From contig JAGMDC010000003.1 of the NCBI GenBank assembly GCA_023128895.1, forward strand, positions 219,651 through 283,650: a stretch of DNA of 64,000 bases. The letters are read 5' to 3'. A program made the translations under genes and the position numbers. Shown here in pieces: positions 35,255-44,340 of the stretch (the stretch's first letter is position 1; the number at the start of each line of letters is the position of its first letter). The notes under the pieces were generated by a model, which was not told the DNA's origin, ran no database searches, and saw only the letters and a list, made by a program, of their open reading frames with translations. Origin of the DNA: Candidatus Parcubacteria bacterium. Lineage in GTDB: Bacteria > Patescibacteriota > Minisyncoccia > Minisyncoccales > JAGMDC01.

Positions 35255-38200
35255 TTATTTAAGCTGTTTTTTAAATTCATAATATCTAACCGGGTTCCTT
35301 TGGAACAATCGCACAACAATTTTTTTAACTTGCTTGTTTGTCTTTGGAAAATCTCTCAACAAAGAAATAATTTTATCAGAGTCGTGGATTTCTAATTCTT
35401 TAGGAAATTGAGTAATTAAATCAAAAGCATCTAAAAACTTTTGTTTGTCACCTTGCTGGTCAAAAAGTATTAAAATATCCTCATTATAAAGCGATGGCCA
35501 CCAAGACATCTCCATGGTTTTCTCTTTTCTAAAGTTTTCATCGTAAAAAGTTTTTTCTGTTTTTAAGCATTGAATATATAAATTATACCATTCGTCAAAA
35601 TAGCATTTTTTCTCCATGCCCTCCTTTATGGTCATATAAATAACATTAAACACTTCGTGATTGTATTCTTTAGAAAGATGATTAAGATATTTGTAAGCAA
35701 GATTAAATAATTTCTCTGCGTCTTCTGATTTATAATTTAAATCTCTTATTAAATGTTCAAATTGTACCACAAATGAAAATCTCTGTTTTGGTTCTATCTT
35801 ATCTATCGCCTCAAAAAGTATCTTCTTAAACTTTTTGTCATTATACTTATCAGGGCCTAAATCATTGTAATATTTAGTTGTCTTCCATTTCCAATTTTTA
35901 AAAGCATCCTTTCTAAATTCAGCAAAAAAAATAAATAATGGCGCCGCTTCGGCAATTGCCTCGTCTGGAAACTCTTTGAACCTATTCACAAAAATCAAAG
36001 CATCTTTCTCATTTAAAATTCTGATATGATTAAAAACGGTTAAGATACTTTTTGCTAGAGCCTTTTTAACATTGTCGGAGGCTTTGGCTATATCCATTAA
36101 CAACCTAAATGCTGTCTTCTCAATTTTTTTAGCCCGCTCCAATGCCTCTTTTTTGTCTTTACCAAAAAACAAAACATTTCTATCGTCTGGCAAGACTGTT
36201 AATCTATTCTGTGCTAATTGAGACAATGTAAAACAAGCCATATGCTTCACATACCAATTTTCATCTTTTGTAAGTTTTTCTGTTAAATCAATAAGTTCTT
36301 TAAGATAGTCCCGACCACTTAAAACAGAACATTTCATTAAAACCCAAGCACACCAACCACGAGTAGAAGTAATTGAACCCGGCTCTTTGCCATTCTCAAT
36401 CCTTTGGTGCTCGTTATATTTATTTTCCGGATCTTCAGAATCCTTACCCGGCAAATATGGATCTGGATCATTAATAAATACTTCAATAATTCTTAAAGCT
36501 TCTTTGATTTTCTTATTTCGAGCCAATCTTTCAGAAAACTGAACTAATGCCTCCCGAGCTTGGCTAAAGGTTAATTTTTTAACGATTTTATTTATATCAT
36601 TATCTAAATTATCCAAGAACGGATTTATAAATTCTTTATAAACCTTCTCTAACAACTCAATATCATCTGATTGGTCATTGCCTCTATAATTAAACAAACT
36701 AAAGCATAATATAATTTGCTGATTTTTACTCAAAGTTTTTTGGGTTGCCAACTTTTTTAGAATTTCTAGTCCTTTGGCAAAATCTTTTTTCTCAAAATAC
36801 TTCTTTAAAATATCATGTAATAATATCGCAACCTCATAGGTCTCAAAATTATCGTACTTTTTAATGAACTGTTTCCTGCCAATAAAGTCATTGAACATTT
36901 CAATAGCACTATCAAAATCACTTTCCATTATCGTACGAATATTTTGTATAACATTTATTTCAGCCCTAAATCGTTCATAATATTTAGGATTTTTAAGCCA
37001 TTTCTTTAATTCTTCTTTGGCTTTCTCATGTCCTCGTTTAGCCAATTGCGAAACGATTTCTTCTACAAAAACGCTCACTGGAATACCGTATTTTTCTGTG
37101 CTAACCTCAACCAATTTCCATTTTCTATAGTCAGAAAGATTAGGGCGGTTTCTTAACTCTTGATAAATCAAATCTGTTTTATGGGGAATTCCTCTACGAG
37201 ACAATATAAATTCCTTTAAAATCTCAAAAGCTTCCTCGGATATTTTCCTATTGCTACTTTGATACCTTTCTAAGACAATCGGCAGGGTTGCCCGATTTAA
37301 AAAATCTGGCCTGTTTTTGCTAACTGCTTTTTTTATAACTTTACTTTTGGTTTTAGAATCTGTCTTGCTTATACAATTTTGAAAAATAAATTTCCAAGCC
37401 AAATTTTTATTTTTGCTATCGTTGTAATATTTCTTTATGGCTGGTTCTAAAACGAAACCAATAAAATGTCTATCTCCGACTGTGTAATGATGACCAACCG
37501 ATGAAGTCATCCCGCCGCTCAACTCCCAGCCGTTAAAGATTTCTTTCCCTTTGTGTTTTCCATACAATTCTTGGTATTGAGAAACAAATTTTTTTGTCAG
37601 TTCTTTAAAACGATTTTTGAAATCATCATCCAGCCACTGCTTTAAAATCGTAAAGATATCAGACGGGGTATAGTGGCTGAATTTACCGTCATCTTTTACA
37701 AGGTTGAAAGTATCAACTATCAATTTATATATTTTTTCTCGTAGGATAGAATCCGCTTTTTGATGTACCTCTTTGAGCAACTTTGCTACTTCTCCTCTTT
37801 CCCAAGAACTATCCCGTTGCGCTTTTAAATAGAAAATATCTTCCCGTCTATCGGTAATTAACTTTTTAACAATTTCAAAGACATCATCAATAAATTTATT
37901 ATCTTTATCATTATCTAAAATCTTTTTTGTAATTTTGACGACATCAACATCAAAAAACTCTTGCTGATAAAATCTTCTTATTCTACCAAGATTACTCTTG
38001 AAAAACTCAAGAATATACTTTTTATTGTTTTCTGTATGAAGATTACTTTCAAAAATTCTAAATAAGCTGAAGGAAAAACGATAAATTCTATAAAGTTCCC
38101 ACAGATTATTCCAATCTTTCAAATTATCAATTTTCTTATCCTTTATGCGATCAAGCACAAAGAACATCAGAGCTGGTTTAGACGAGAGAGCAGAAAGAGA

Positions 38201-38929
38201 ACTTTGCGCCCATTCAGGAGCTTTATTGTCCTCTATAGCTGTTATGAGATTTTGCAACTGCACTTCTGTCTTTACGCGCTCATCATCAAAGTATCCACTA
38301 TATTTACTTACCTTTTTTCTGATAGATTCAATCTCATTGAGAATACCTTCCTTACGATAAATCGCGCCTTTTGCCGACCCTTCGTAAATCCTTTTTATAA
38401 GGATGCTATTCGCTTTAGATTCTAACTCATCTTCTGGTAGCCAAAAATCTAACAACTCACTAAACAAAGAGTAAACGATAAGATGGTTATCTTTTTCTTG
38501 GACTTGCCAGAATCTTACTTTATTCAGTGTAGCAATCTGTTGGTTGGAGAATTTTTTCTTCTTGAATTCAGGAGTTACAAATTCGCTCCAATATTTCATG
38601 TTTTCAACTTTGCTTTTTAGAGTTTTATTTAATTTGGTGCAGACAATTAGTATTTCGTCTTTTTCACTAATAGTAGTTTTTTTCAGAATGGAATTCAAAA
38701 TATTCTTTAGGTGTGAGAAGTTTAACTCTCCTTCCCAATTTTTTGATTCGCATATTATTTTACGTTCATCATTAAACACTAAATTAAAGTCCTCAAACTT
38801 AGGAGCTTCAAGTTGGATATAAGAAAAATTAAAATCACGAAGATACTGTAAAAACAACGACATTGCCGCCCACGCTTGCGCATTTATTCCTTTATAATTG
38901 TATTGTCCTTGTTTACTCATAATCTCCAT
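35255..38929 (-). CDS. giant (1224 aa) protein: N-terminal Cap4/DUF4297-like PD-(D/E)xK module plus long helical/HEAT-like region
   Basis: N-terminus YKGINAQAWAAM..., FEDF...CESK. The rest is alpha-helical with no named motif. An alternative start at 38920 gives an ATGAGTAA overlap. Confidence 0.6.
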   Translation of the reverse strand: MEIMSKQGQYNYKGINAQAWAAMSLFLQYLRDFNFSYIQLEAPKFEDFNLVFNDERKIICESKNWEGELNFSHLKNILNSILKKTTISEKDEILIVCTKLNKTLKSKVENMKYWSEFVTPEFKKKKFSNQQIATLNKVRFWQVQEKDNHLIVYSLFSELLDFWLPEDELESKANSILIKRIYEGSAKGAIYRKEGILNEIESIRKKVSKYSGYFDDERVKTEVQLQNLITAIEDNKAPEWAQSSLSALSSKPALMFFVLDRIKDKKIDNLKDWNNLWELYRIYRFSFSLFRIFESNLHTENNKKYILEFFKSNLGRIRRFYQQEFFDVDVVKITKKILDNDKDNKFIDDVFEIVKKLITDRREDIFYLKAQRDSSWERGEVAKLLKEVHQKADSILREKIYKLIVDTFNLVKDDGKFSHYTPSDIFTILKQWLDDDFKNRFKELTKKFVSQYQELYGKHKGKEIFNGWELSGGMTSSVGHHYTVGDRHFIGFVLEPAIKKYYNDSKNKNLAWKFIFQNCISKTDSKTKSKVIKKAVSKNRPDFLNRATLPIVLERYQSSNRKISEEAFEILKEFILSRRGIPHKTDLIYQELRNRPNLSDYRKWKLVEVSTEKYGIPVSVFVEEIVSQLAKRGHEKAKEELKKWLKNPKYYERFRAEINVIQNIRTIMESDFDSAIEMFNDFIGRKQFIKKYDNFETYEVAILLHDILKKYFEKKDFAKGLEILKKLATQKTLSKNQQIILCFSLFNYRGNDQSDDIELLEKVYKEFINPFLDNLDNDINKIVKKLTFSQAREALVQFSERLARNKKIKEALRIIEVFINDPDPYLPGKDSEDPENKYNEHQRIENGKEPGSITSTRGWCAWVLMKCSVLSGRDYLKELIDLTEKLTKDENWYVKHMACFTLSQLAQNRLTVLPDDRNVLFFGKDKKEALERAKKIEKTAFRLLMDIAKASDNVKKALAKSILTVFNHIRILNEKDALIFVNRFKEFPDEAIAEAAPLFIFFAEFRKDAFKNWKWKTTKYYNDLGPDKYNDKKFKKILFEAIDKIEPKQRFSFVVQFEHLIRDLNYKSEDAEKLFNLAYKYLNHLSKEYNHEVFNVIYMTIKEGMEKKCYFDEWYNLYIQCLKTEKTFYDENFRKEKTMEMSWWPSLYNEDILILFDQQGDKQKFLDAFDLITQFPKELEIHDSDKIISLLRDFPKTNKQVKKIVVRLFQRNPVRYYEFKKQLK

Positions 38930-39704
38930 CTGGTGGTAATATGCTTGGCTTTTTAAAAGATGGTTTTTTGATACTAACCTCTAATGATTCATCAATTGGC
39001 AACTCAATTTTTACAAATTTCCGATCTCCGAACCTATCTTGCTTGCTAAATCCTTGGGACGAGATAATTTTATGTATTATATTTTTTAAAGCCACCTTCT
39101 CAATTCGTCTTTCTTCTATTCTAGTCTTGGAGGATAATTCTTCAATTTTATCTTTTAATCGGAAAATAAAATTATCAATGAGGGAGGGTAGTAAATCTTG
39201 GTCTTTGGGATAATATTTTTCTAAAACTTCCTTAGCGAGGCCATAAACCAAACGCTGAATATCTTTTTCTGAAAAGATTCTATAATCCAATTTTATCGTG
39301 CTTAAATCAACGTCTTTCAAAGCCGTTGAAAAGTATTTTTCATCTATAGAGCTTACGCTCTTTATAGTTCTGTCGCCGGATAGTTTAACCACTAAAAAAC
39401 TAAACGACTTAACCGGCTCATCTTGAAAAATAAAATAAATAAAACAATTTTTCGGTATAGTTCTGATATATGTTAAGAAAAACTTAAAGATACTGTTTAG
39501 TTCTCGAGCGGATAAATCCTTTTGTGTTTTGACTTGATACCCTTCAAAATCAGAGGCCAGCCAAATTTCAAAATCCAATTTATCATTTTCGCAAATTAAG
39601 TATTCTAAAGAGCTGTTATTCTCTAAATAATGGTTCAGTAAAAAGTATATAGCGCACCAATCTTGATATCGGAAAGCATTTTGTGCTGAGACGCCGTTAC
39701 TCAT
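38913..39704 (-). CDS. Cap4/DUF4297-like nuclease-domain protein
   Basis: N-terminus AFRYQDWCAIYFLL, ENDKLDFE...GYQVKTQ (D...QxK variant). Confidence 0.5.
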   Translation of the reverse strand: MSNGVSAQNAFRYQDWCAIYFLLNHYLENNSSLEYLICENDKLDFEIWLASDFEGYQVKTQKDLSARELNSIFKFFLTYIRTIPKNCFIYFIFQDEPVKSFSFLVVKLSGDRTIKSVSSIDEKYFSTALKDVDLSTIKLDYRIFSEKDIQRLVYGLAKEVLEKYYPKDQDLLPSLIDNFIFRLKDKIEELSSKTRIEERRIEKVALKNIIHKIISSQGFSKQDRFGDRKFVKIELPIDESLEVSIKKPSFKKPSILPPDGDYE

Positions 39705-39710
39705 AGTTGA

Positions 39711-39785
39711 TTATATTTTTTCTACAATTTTAATCTCCTCCAATGTAAGGCCATAGAGTTTATAAACTTCTTCGTTTATTTTTTG
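39711..39785 (-). pseudogene. relic of a methyltransferase/type IIG enzyme C-terminus (QKINEEVYKLYGLTLEEIKIVEKI*)
   Basis: An in-frame 24-codon remnant bounded by TGA upstream, with no start codon. Lies 6 nt before the 38913-39704 gene. Confidence 0.5.
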
Positions 39786-39789
39786 TCAA

Positions 39790-41253
39790 TTAATATATTT
39801 CGATTGGTTTCTCGTAAATTTTTTCTGACACATATTCAATCAATAAATCAAAAAACAAATCTGATATATTTGCTTCTACCCTATTCGCTGCTCCTATTTT
39901 TTTAGCAATACTCTTTATTTTTCGATTTTCGATTTCTATTGAATATCCATTCCACCCATGTTTTAGATTACTTTCAGTCTCTTCGAACGGAGAAATTGTT
40001 TTTAAGAGATAGTAAGAAAATACATCATAGCCCCTTGTAGTATTTTCTTTATTCTTAATATCGTTTTTTATTTTCTTTAAAACAGAAACAAAATCAATTT
40101 TCATACCGCCGAAAATTGAAATAAAAAATTTAATGCCAATATTTATAATTTGTGAGATAACCGTATATCTACCGCCAAATGAATCCTTTCTATAATTTGA
40201 ATTTTTTAAAATTGGTATTTGATATTTCACGCCTTTTAATAATTGCCTCAAATCCAATTTTTCTTTTCCATCTAATTCCAGAGATTTTAATAAAATATCT
40301 TTTAAGAATATCGTTAAGAAGAATGCTGAATTATTTAATTCTTTACTTAAATTCTCATTCTCTGTTTGAAAACGCGAAATAATTTCATTCATTGCCTCTT
40401 CAATAATTTCTTCATTCTTAAACTGGAAAATTTCTACAGTGAAAAATTTATTAAAATATCCACTAAAATCAGTTTGCTCTCCATATTTATGATGAAAAAT
40501 ACTTTTTAGGTTTTGAATATCGGCAACAAGAATGATTTTATCAAAACCAAATTTATTTGGCAGTTCCTTATTTTGTAAATCAAAATGAGCGGAAAAAACA
40601 TTCAAAATTCTAAAAATATGTTCCGGGTCAATTCTTTCTAAATCATCTAAAATTAAAATACTTTGTTTCTCATTTTTTTGTTTTTGAATCTTTTCTCTCA
40701 ATAATTCGCTTAAATAATCTGTTTCTGCAATATTTTCTTCTTTGATTTTTTTCAAAAAATTTTCAATAATACCTTTTTCTCCCGCTTCAATCTTTTGTTT
40801 AAATGTCCAAAAATTTTCTACTAATTTTGCGGTTTCTTTTAGGGGCCGCCCTAGTTTTGGAATATACGAAAGCCCATTCTTAAATATTTCTGTAAAGTTA
40901 TTTTTGCCCCAAACAAAAAATAGCCGTTGCAGATCAATCAAATTATTATAATCATTCTCTTGAAAAATATCTTTGTTCTTTCTATTAAGTTCAACCAAAA
41001 TATCATATTTTAAAAATTCGGAAATGTCTTCATTTGAATTTATTTGATAATTAATAGGAGAAAAATGAAAAACTTCATACTCTTCTTGATTGGCTCTAAA
41101 AAACTCTTTCAAAAAATATGTTTTCCCGATTCCAAATTTTCCAGAAAACAAAATTCGGCTATTATCTTTTATTTCTAAATGTTCTTTAAATTTAGGGAAT
41201 AATTCTTCAATTGGAATTTTAAATTCTTCTTCTATTATTTTTTTATTTTCCAT
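39790..41253 (-). CDS. KAP-family P-loop NTPase
   Basis: Walker A GKFGIGKT and Walker B ILILDDLERIDPEHIFRILN, which is typical of KAP NTPases. Confidence 0.8.
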   Translation of the reverse strand: MENKKIIEEEFKIPIEELFPKFKEHLEIKDNSRILFSGKFGIGKTYFLKEFFRANQEEYEVFHFSPINYQINSNEDISEFLKYDILVELNRKNKDIFQENDYNNLIDLQRLFFVWGKNNFTEIFKNGLSYIPKLGRPLKETAKLVENFWTFKQKIEAGEKGIIENFLKKIKEENIAETDYLSELLREKIQKQKNEKQSILILDDLERIDPEHIFRILNVFSAHFDLQNKELPNKFGFDKIILVADIQNLKSIFHHKYGEQTDFSGYFNKFFTVEIFQFKNEEIIEEAMNEIISRFQTENENLSKELNNSAFFLTIFLKDILLKSLELDGKEKLDLRQLLKGVKYQIPILKNSNYRKDSFGGRYTVISQIINIGIKFFISIFGGMKIDFVSVLKKIKNDIKNKENTTRGYDVFSYYLLKTISPFEETESNLKHGWNGYSIEIENRKIKSIAKKIGAANRVEANISDLFFDLLIEYVSEKIYEKPIEIY

Positions 41254-41258
41254 ATTCT

Positions 41259-41336
41259 TTATTTGTTATTAAAATTTTCTACAACTTTGATTTCTTCACC
41301 AGTTAGATTGTATAACTCATATACCATTTTATCAAT
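41259..41336 (-). pseudogene. second relic of the same C-terminal motif (IDKMVYELYNLTGEEIKVVENFNNK*)
   Basis: 25-codon remnant bounded by TGA upstream, 5 nt before the KAP gene. Nucleotide-similar to the relic at 39711-39785. Confidence 0.5.
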
Positions 41337-41386
41337 TCATAGCTTAATCCATAGTACACTCTCTATGACCAAAAATTTAATAGGTT

Positions 41387-41797
41387 TTAATTGTTTCTTG
41401 ATAAAAAATTGACAATCTTTTCAATTGTTTCGTCTGGCTTTTTAAATACTTCTTTCTCCCAAACTCTCAAGACCTTCCAGCCTTCTCTTCTCAGGGCCAA
41501 CCCATTTTTTCTGTCTTTCTTTATATTATTTTCAATCTTTGCTAGCCAATATTTTTTAGGCAATCTTTTCTTTTGCTTCGAGAAATTTCGTCCGTGCCAA
41601 AAATCTCCGTCTATAAATACAGCCTTCTTTTTTCTCGGTAAAGCTACATCCGGCTTTCCACTCGCTTTCTTGTAATGTTTTTGGAAATAAATTCCCCGCT
41701 TCCGAAGTTCGCGAAAAATCAGCCTTTCAACTTTTGTATTTTCGGAGCGGATTTTCGACATTATTTCGCTTCTTTTCTTTTTTGTAAAAACATCCAT
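41387..41797 (-). CDS. vsr: very short patch repair endonuclease
   Basis: RSEIMSKIRS, FIDGDFWHG motifs. Confidence 0.9.
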   Translation of the reverse strand: MDVFTKKKRSEIMSKIRSENTKVERLIFRELRKRGIYFQKHYKKASGKPDVALPRKKKAVFIDGDFWHGRNFSKQKKRLPKKYWLAKIENNIKKDRKNGLALRREGWKVLRVWEKEVFKKPDETIEKIVNFLSRNN

Positions 41798-41889
41798 AAT
41801 TTTTTATACCCTGTGGATAACTACCGCTTTGAGTTTCGGTTTTCATTCGGGTATAATTAAATTATAACGCAAATAATTTTTATAGCAAT

Positions 41890-43470
41890 ATGCAAACTCT
41901 AACAAAAAAGCAAAAACAAGTTTTTGATTTCATTAATGCCTATAGGGAGGAAAACGGAATTTCCCCTACCATCGAAGAAATGAGGAAAAAATTGAAGCTT
42001 AAAGCCGTATCGACAGTGCATGAACATGTAAATACGCTAAAAGAAAAAGGCTATCTCTCAAAAAATGAAAATTCTGCTCGAGGAATTGTTCTAAAAAAAG
42101 AGATAAGGATAATTATTGACATTCCTATTGTAGGCAGAATAGCTGCTGGACAGCCTATAGAAGCTATCGAGGATTTTCAGGAAACTGTCCCCGTGCTGAA
42201 TCCAACAATTAAAAATTCAAAAGACTATTATGCTCTTCGCGTTATCGGAGATAGCATGATTGGCGAAGGCATTTTTGACGGCGATATTGTGATAATTAAG
42301 AAACAGACTGTTGCGGAGAATGGGCAAACGGTTGTAGCGATTATCGACGACAATGAAGCAACGCTTAAAAAACTTTATAGAGAGAAAAATAGGTTCCGGC
42401 TTGAACCAAGAAATACCAGCATGCTTCCGCTTTTTAGAAAGGAGGTCGAAGTAAGAGGCGTAGTCATCCAAGTAATAAGCAATATTTCCAGCAAGCCTGA
42501 AGGAAAAATTTTGAAAAAGGCTAATCACAGATTTAGAACTATAGATCTTTTTGCAGGCATCGGAGGAATACGCATTGGTTTTGAGAAAGCCGGATTTAAT
42601 ACTGTTTTTGCGAATGATTTTGACAAACAATGCAAGCTTACTTATGATTTGAACTTTTCAAAATCAAAACTCGTAGTTGAAGACATAAGAAAGATTGGCA
42701 TAGATGATCTGCCGAGGTTTGACTTTTTGCTCGGCGGCTTTCCCTGCCAAGCATTTTCTATTGCCGGATATAGGCAGGGATTTGACGATAAAAAGGGGCG
42801 CGGAAATTTATTTTTTGATATTGCGCACATTATTGACGCTCGCAAGCCGGAGGGTTTTCTTCTCGAAAATGTAAAAAATCTAAAAAGCCATGACGGAGGA
42901 AAAACTTTTAGAATAATCGAAGAAACCTTGAAAAATCTTGGCTATCATATAAAGCCTAGGGTCTTAAACAGTATGAATTACGGGGATATTCCGCAGAATC
43001 GAGAACGAATCTATATCGTAGGTTTCAAAAATAAAGATTATGCCGATAAGTTTTCTTTTCCCGATCCAGTAAGGCTGACGAAAAAAATCACTGATTTATT
43101 AGAGAAAAACGTCCAGGAAAAATATTACTATAATGGAAAACCTTTATATAAAAAGTTGGAAAAATTTGTGAAAGAAGAGGGAAAGGTATATCAATGGCGC
43201 AGGCAATATGTTCGCGAGAATAAAAGCGGTGTCTGCCCGACGCTCACGGCAAATATGGGCATGGGAGGGCACAATGTGCCTATTATCAAAGACAAGAAAG
43301 GCATTAGAAAGTTAACCCCATTAGAATGCGCTCGGGTCCAAGGCTTCCCAGAAAATTATAAACTGCCTCAAATTTCAGATTCTGCTCTATATAAACAATT
43401 TGGAAACTCGGTAAGCGTTCCAGTTATTGAAGCTGTGGCAAGACAAATGATAAAAGCGATGAAAAATTAA
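41890..43470 (+). CDS. fusion protein: complete LexA repressor (wHTH + S24 peptidase) joined to DNA (cytosine-5) methyltransferase
   Basis: The N-terminal ~200 aa are LexA-like (Ala-Gly site RIAAGQP, GDSM Ser, ATLKKL Lys). The C-terminal part carries C5-MTase motifs DLFAGIGG, GFPCQAFS, ENV and QFGNSV. It is a single uninterrupted 526-aa ORF. Confidence 0.9.
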   Translation: MQTLTKKQKQVFDFINAYREENGISPTIEEMRKKLKLKAVSTVHEHVNTLKEKGYLSKNENSARGIVLKKEIRIIIDIPIVGRIAAGQPIEAIEDFQETVPVLNPTIKNSKDYYALRVIGDSMIGEGIFDGDIVIIKKQTVAENGQTVVAIIDDNEATLKKLYREKNRFRLEPRNTSMLPLFRKEVEVRGVVIQVISNISSKPEGKILKKANHRFRTIDLFAGIGGIRIGFEKAGFNTVFANDFDKQCKLTYDLNFSKSKLVVEDIRKIGIDDLPRFDFLLGGFPCQAFSIAGYRQGFDDKKGRGNLFFDIAHIIDARKPEGFLLENVKNLKSHDGGKTFRIIEETLKNLGYHIKPRVLNSMNYGDIPQNRERIYIVGFKNKDYADKFSFPDPVRLTKKITDLLEKNVQEKYYYNGKPLYKKLEKFVKEEGKVYQWRRQYVRENKSGVCPTLTANMGMGGHNVPIIKDKKGIRKLTPLECARVQGFPENYKLPQISDSALYKQFGNSVSVPVIEAVARQMIKAMKN

Positions 43471-43473
43471 AAG

Positions 43474-44037
43474 CTACCAGACTTTTACATCGATTGCTGT
43501 CGGTTTAAGCTTCTTGGGCTTGATAATTTTTTTTGTAATGCTAAAACGAGGCCTTCTTCCCTGGGCTTGTTGCTGTCTAAACGTCTGTTTTTTATTAACC
43601 TTGATATTGTAGACTAACCTCGACGGTATCTTATAAATATTGAAAGTTCCGTCTAGCTTTCCGTTGTTGTAAAAATCTAAAAAATACAAATCATTCCAGC
43701 ATGATTTCGGCCCGAAAGAAGTAAGGTCCGATTCAACGCTAGAAGCCTTTACTTGCTCTGCCTTGTTCATACCTAAGTTAAAAGTGTCAAACGAAGCAGG
43801 AGAACTTCCCTGTAAAGAGATAAATCTCTTTGATCCCGAATATATGCAAAAAGCAACCTCTGAAAGACCTTCCGGAAAATTGGGTTCTCTGGATTTGTAA
43901 TCCCGCATGCCCAATTTTAGCTTTTTCCACATATTAAAAAGCCTTTTCCATTTTTTGCCATCCGCCTTTGTAAAGCTCATTAGCTCTATTATGCAGTTTT
44001 TTCCGAAAACTCTCGCTTTGTATTTTTTAATTTTCAT
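43474..44037 (-). CDS. putative type II restriction endonuclease
   Basis: Assigned by position: downstream of the controller HTH gene and convergent with the C5-MTase. 187 aa with no family assignable by eye. Confidence 0.4.
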   Translation of the reverse strand: MKIKKYKARVFGKNCIIELMSFTKADGKKWKRLFNMWKKLKLGMRDYKSREPNFPEGLSEVAFCIYSGSKRFISLQGSSPASFDTFNLGMNKAEQVKASSVESDLTSFGPKSCWNDLYFLDFYNNGKLDGTFNIYKIPSRLVYNIKVNKKQTFRQQQAQGRRPRFSITKKIIKPKKLKPTAIDVKVW

Positions 44038-44043
44038 AAGTCT

Positions 44044-44265
44044 TTACTTAATGAAAAAATCTAAAGATTTTTTATAAATCCTAGCAAATTCTTTCAGCGC
44101 AACAACGTCAATCCGCCTCTGCCCGGCTTCAACCTTTGAAACATGAGATTGTGTCTTGCCAAGCAATTTGGCAACTTCCGCTTGCTCTAAACCGGCCTCT
44201 TGGCGGGCTTTTTTTAATTGCTCTACAATATATTTATGGTCCTTTGAGTAAATTGCTTTAGACAT
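44044..44265 (-). CDS. XRE-family HTH protein, R-M controller (C protein)-like
   Basis: LEQAEVAKLLGKTQSHVSKVEAGQR HTH motif. 73 aa, directly upstream of the putative REase. Confidence 0.7.
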   Translation of the reverse strand: MSKAIYSKDHKYIVEQLKKARQEAGLEQAEVAKLLGKTQSHVSKVEAGQRRIDVVALKEFARIYKKSLDFFIK

Positions 44266-44340
44266 ATCTATATTTATATTCTATATTCCATTATGTTATA
44301 TTCCAAATTGTCATATAATAATAAAAAAGTTTTCATGTTT

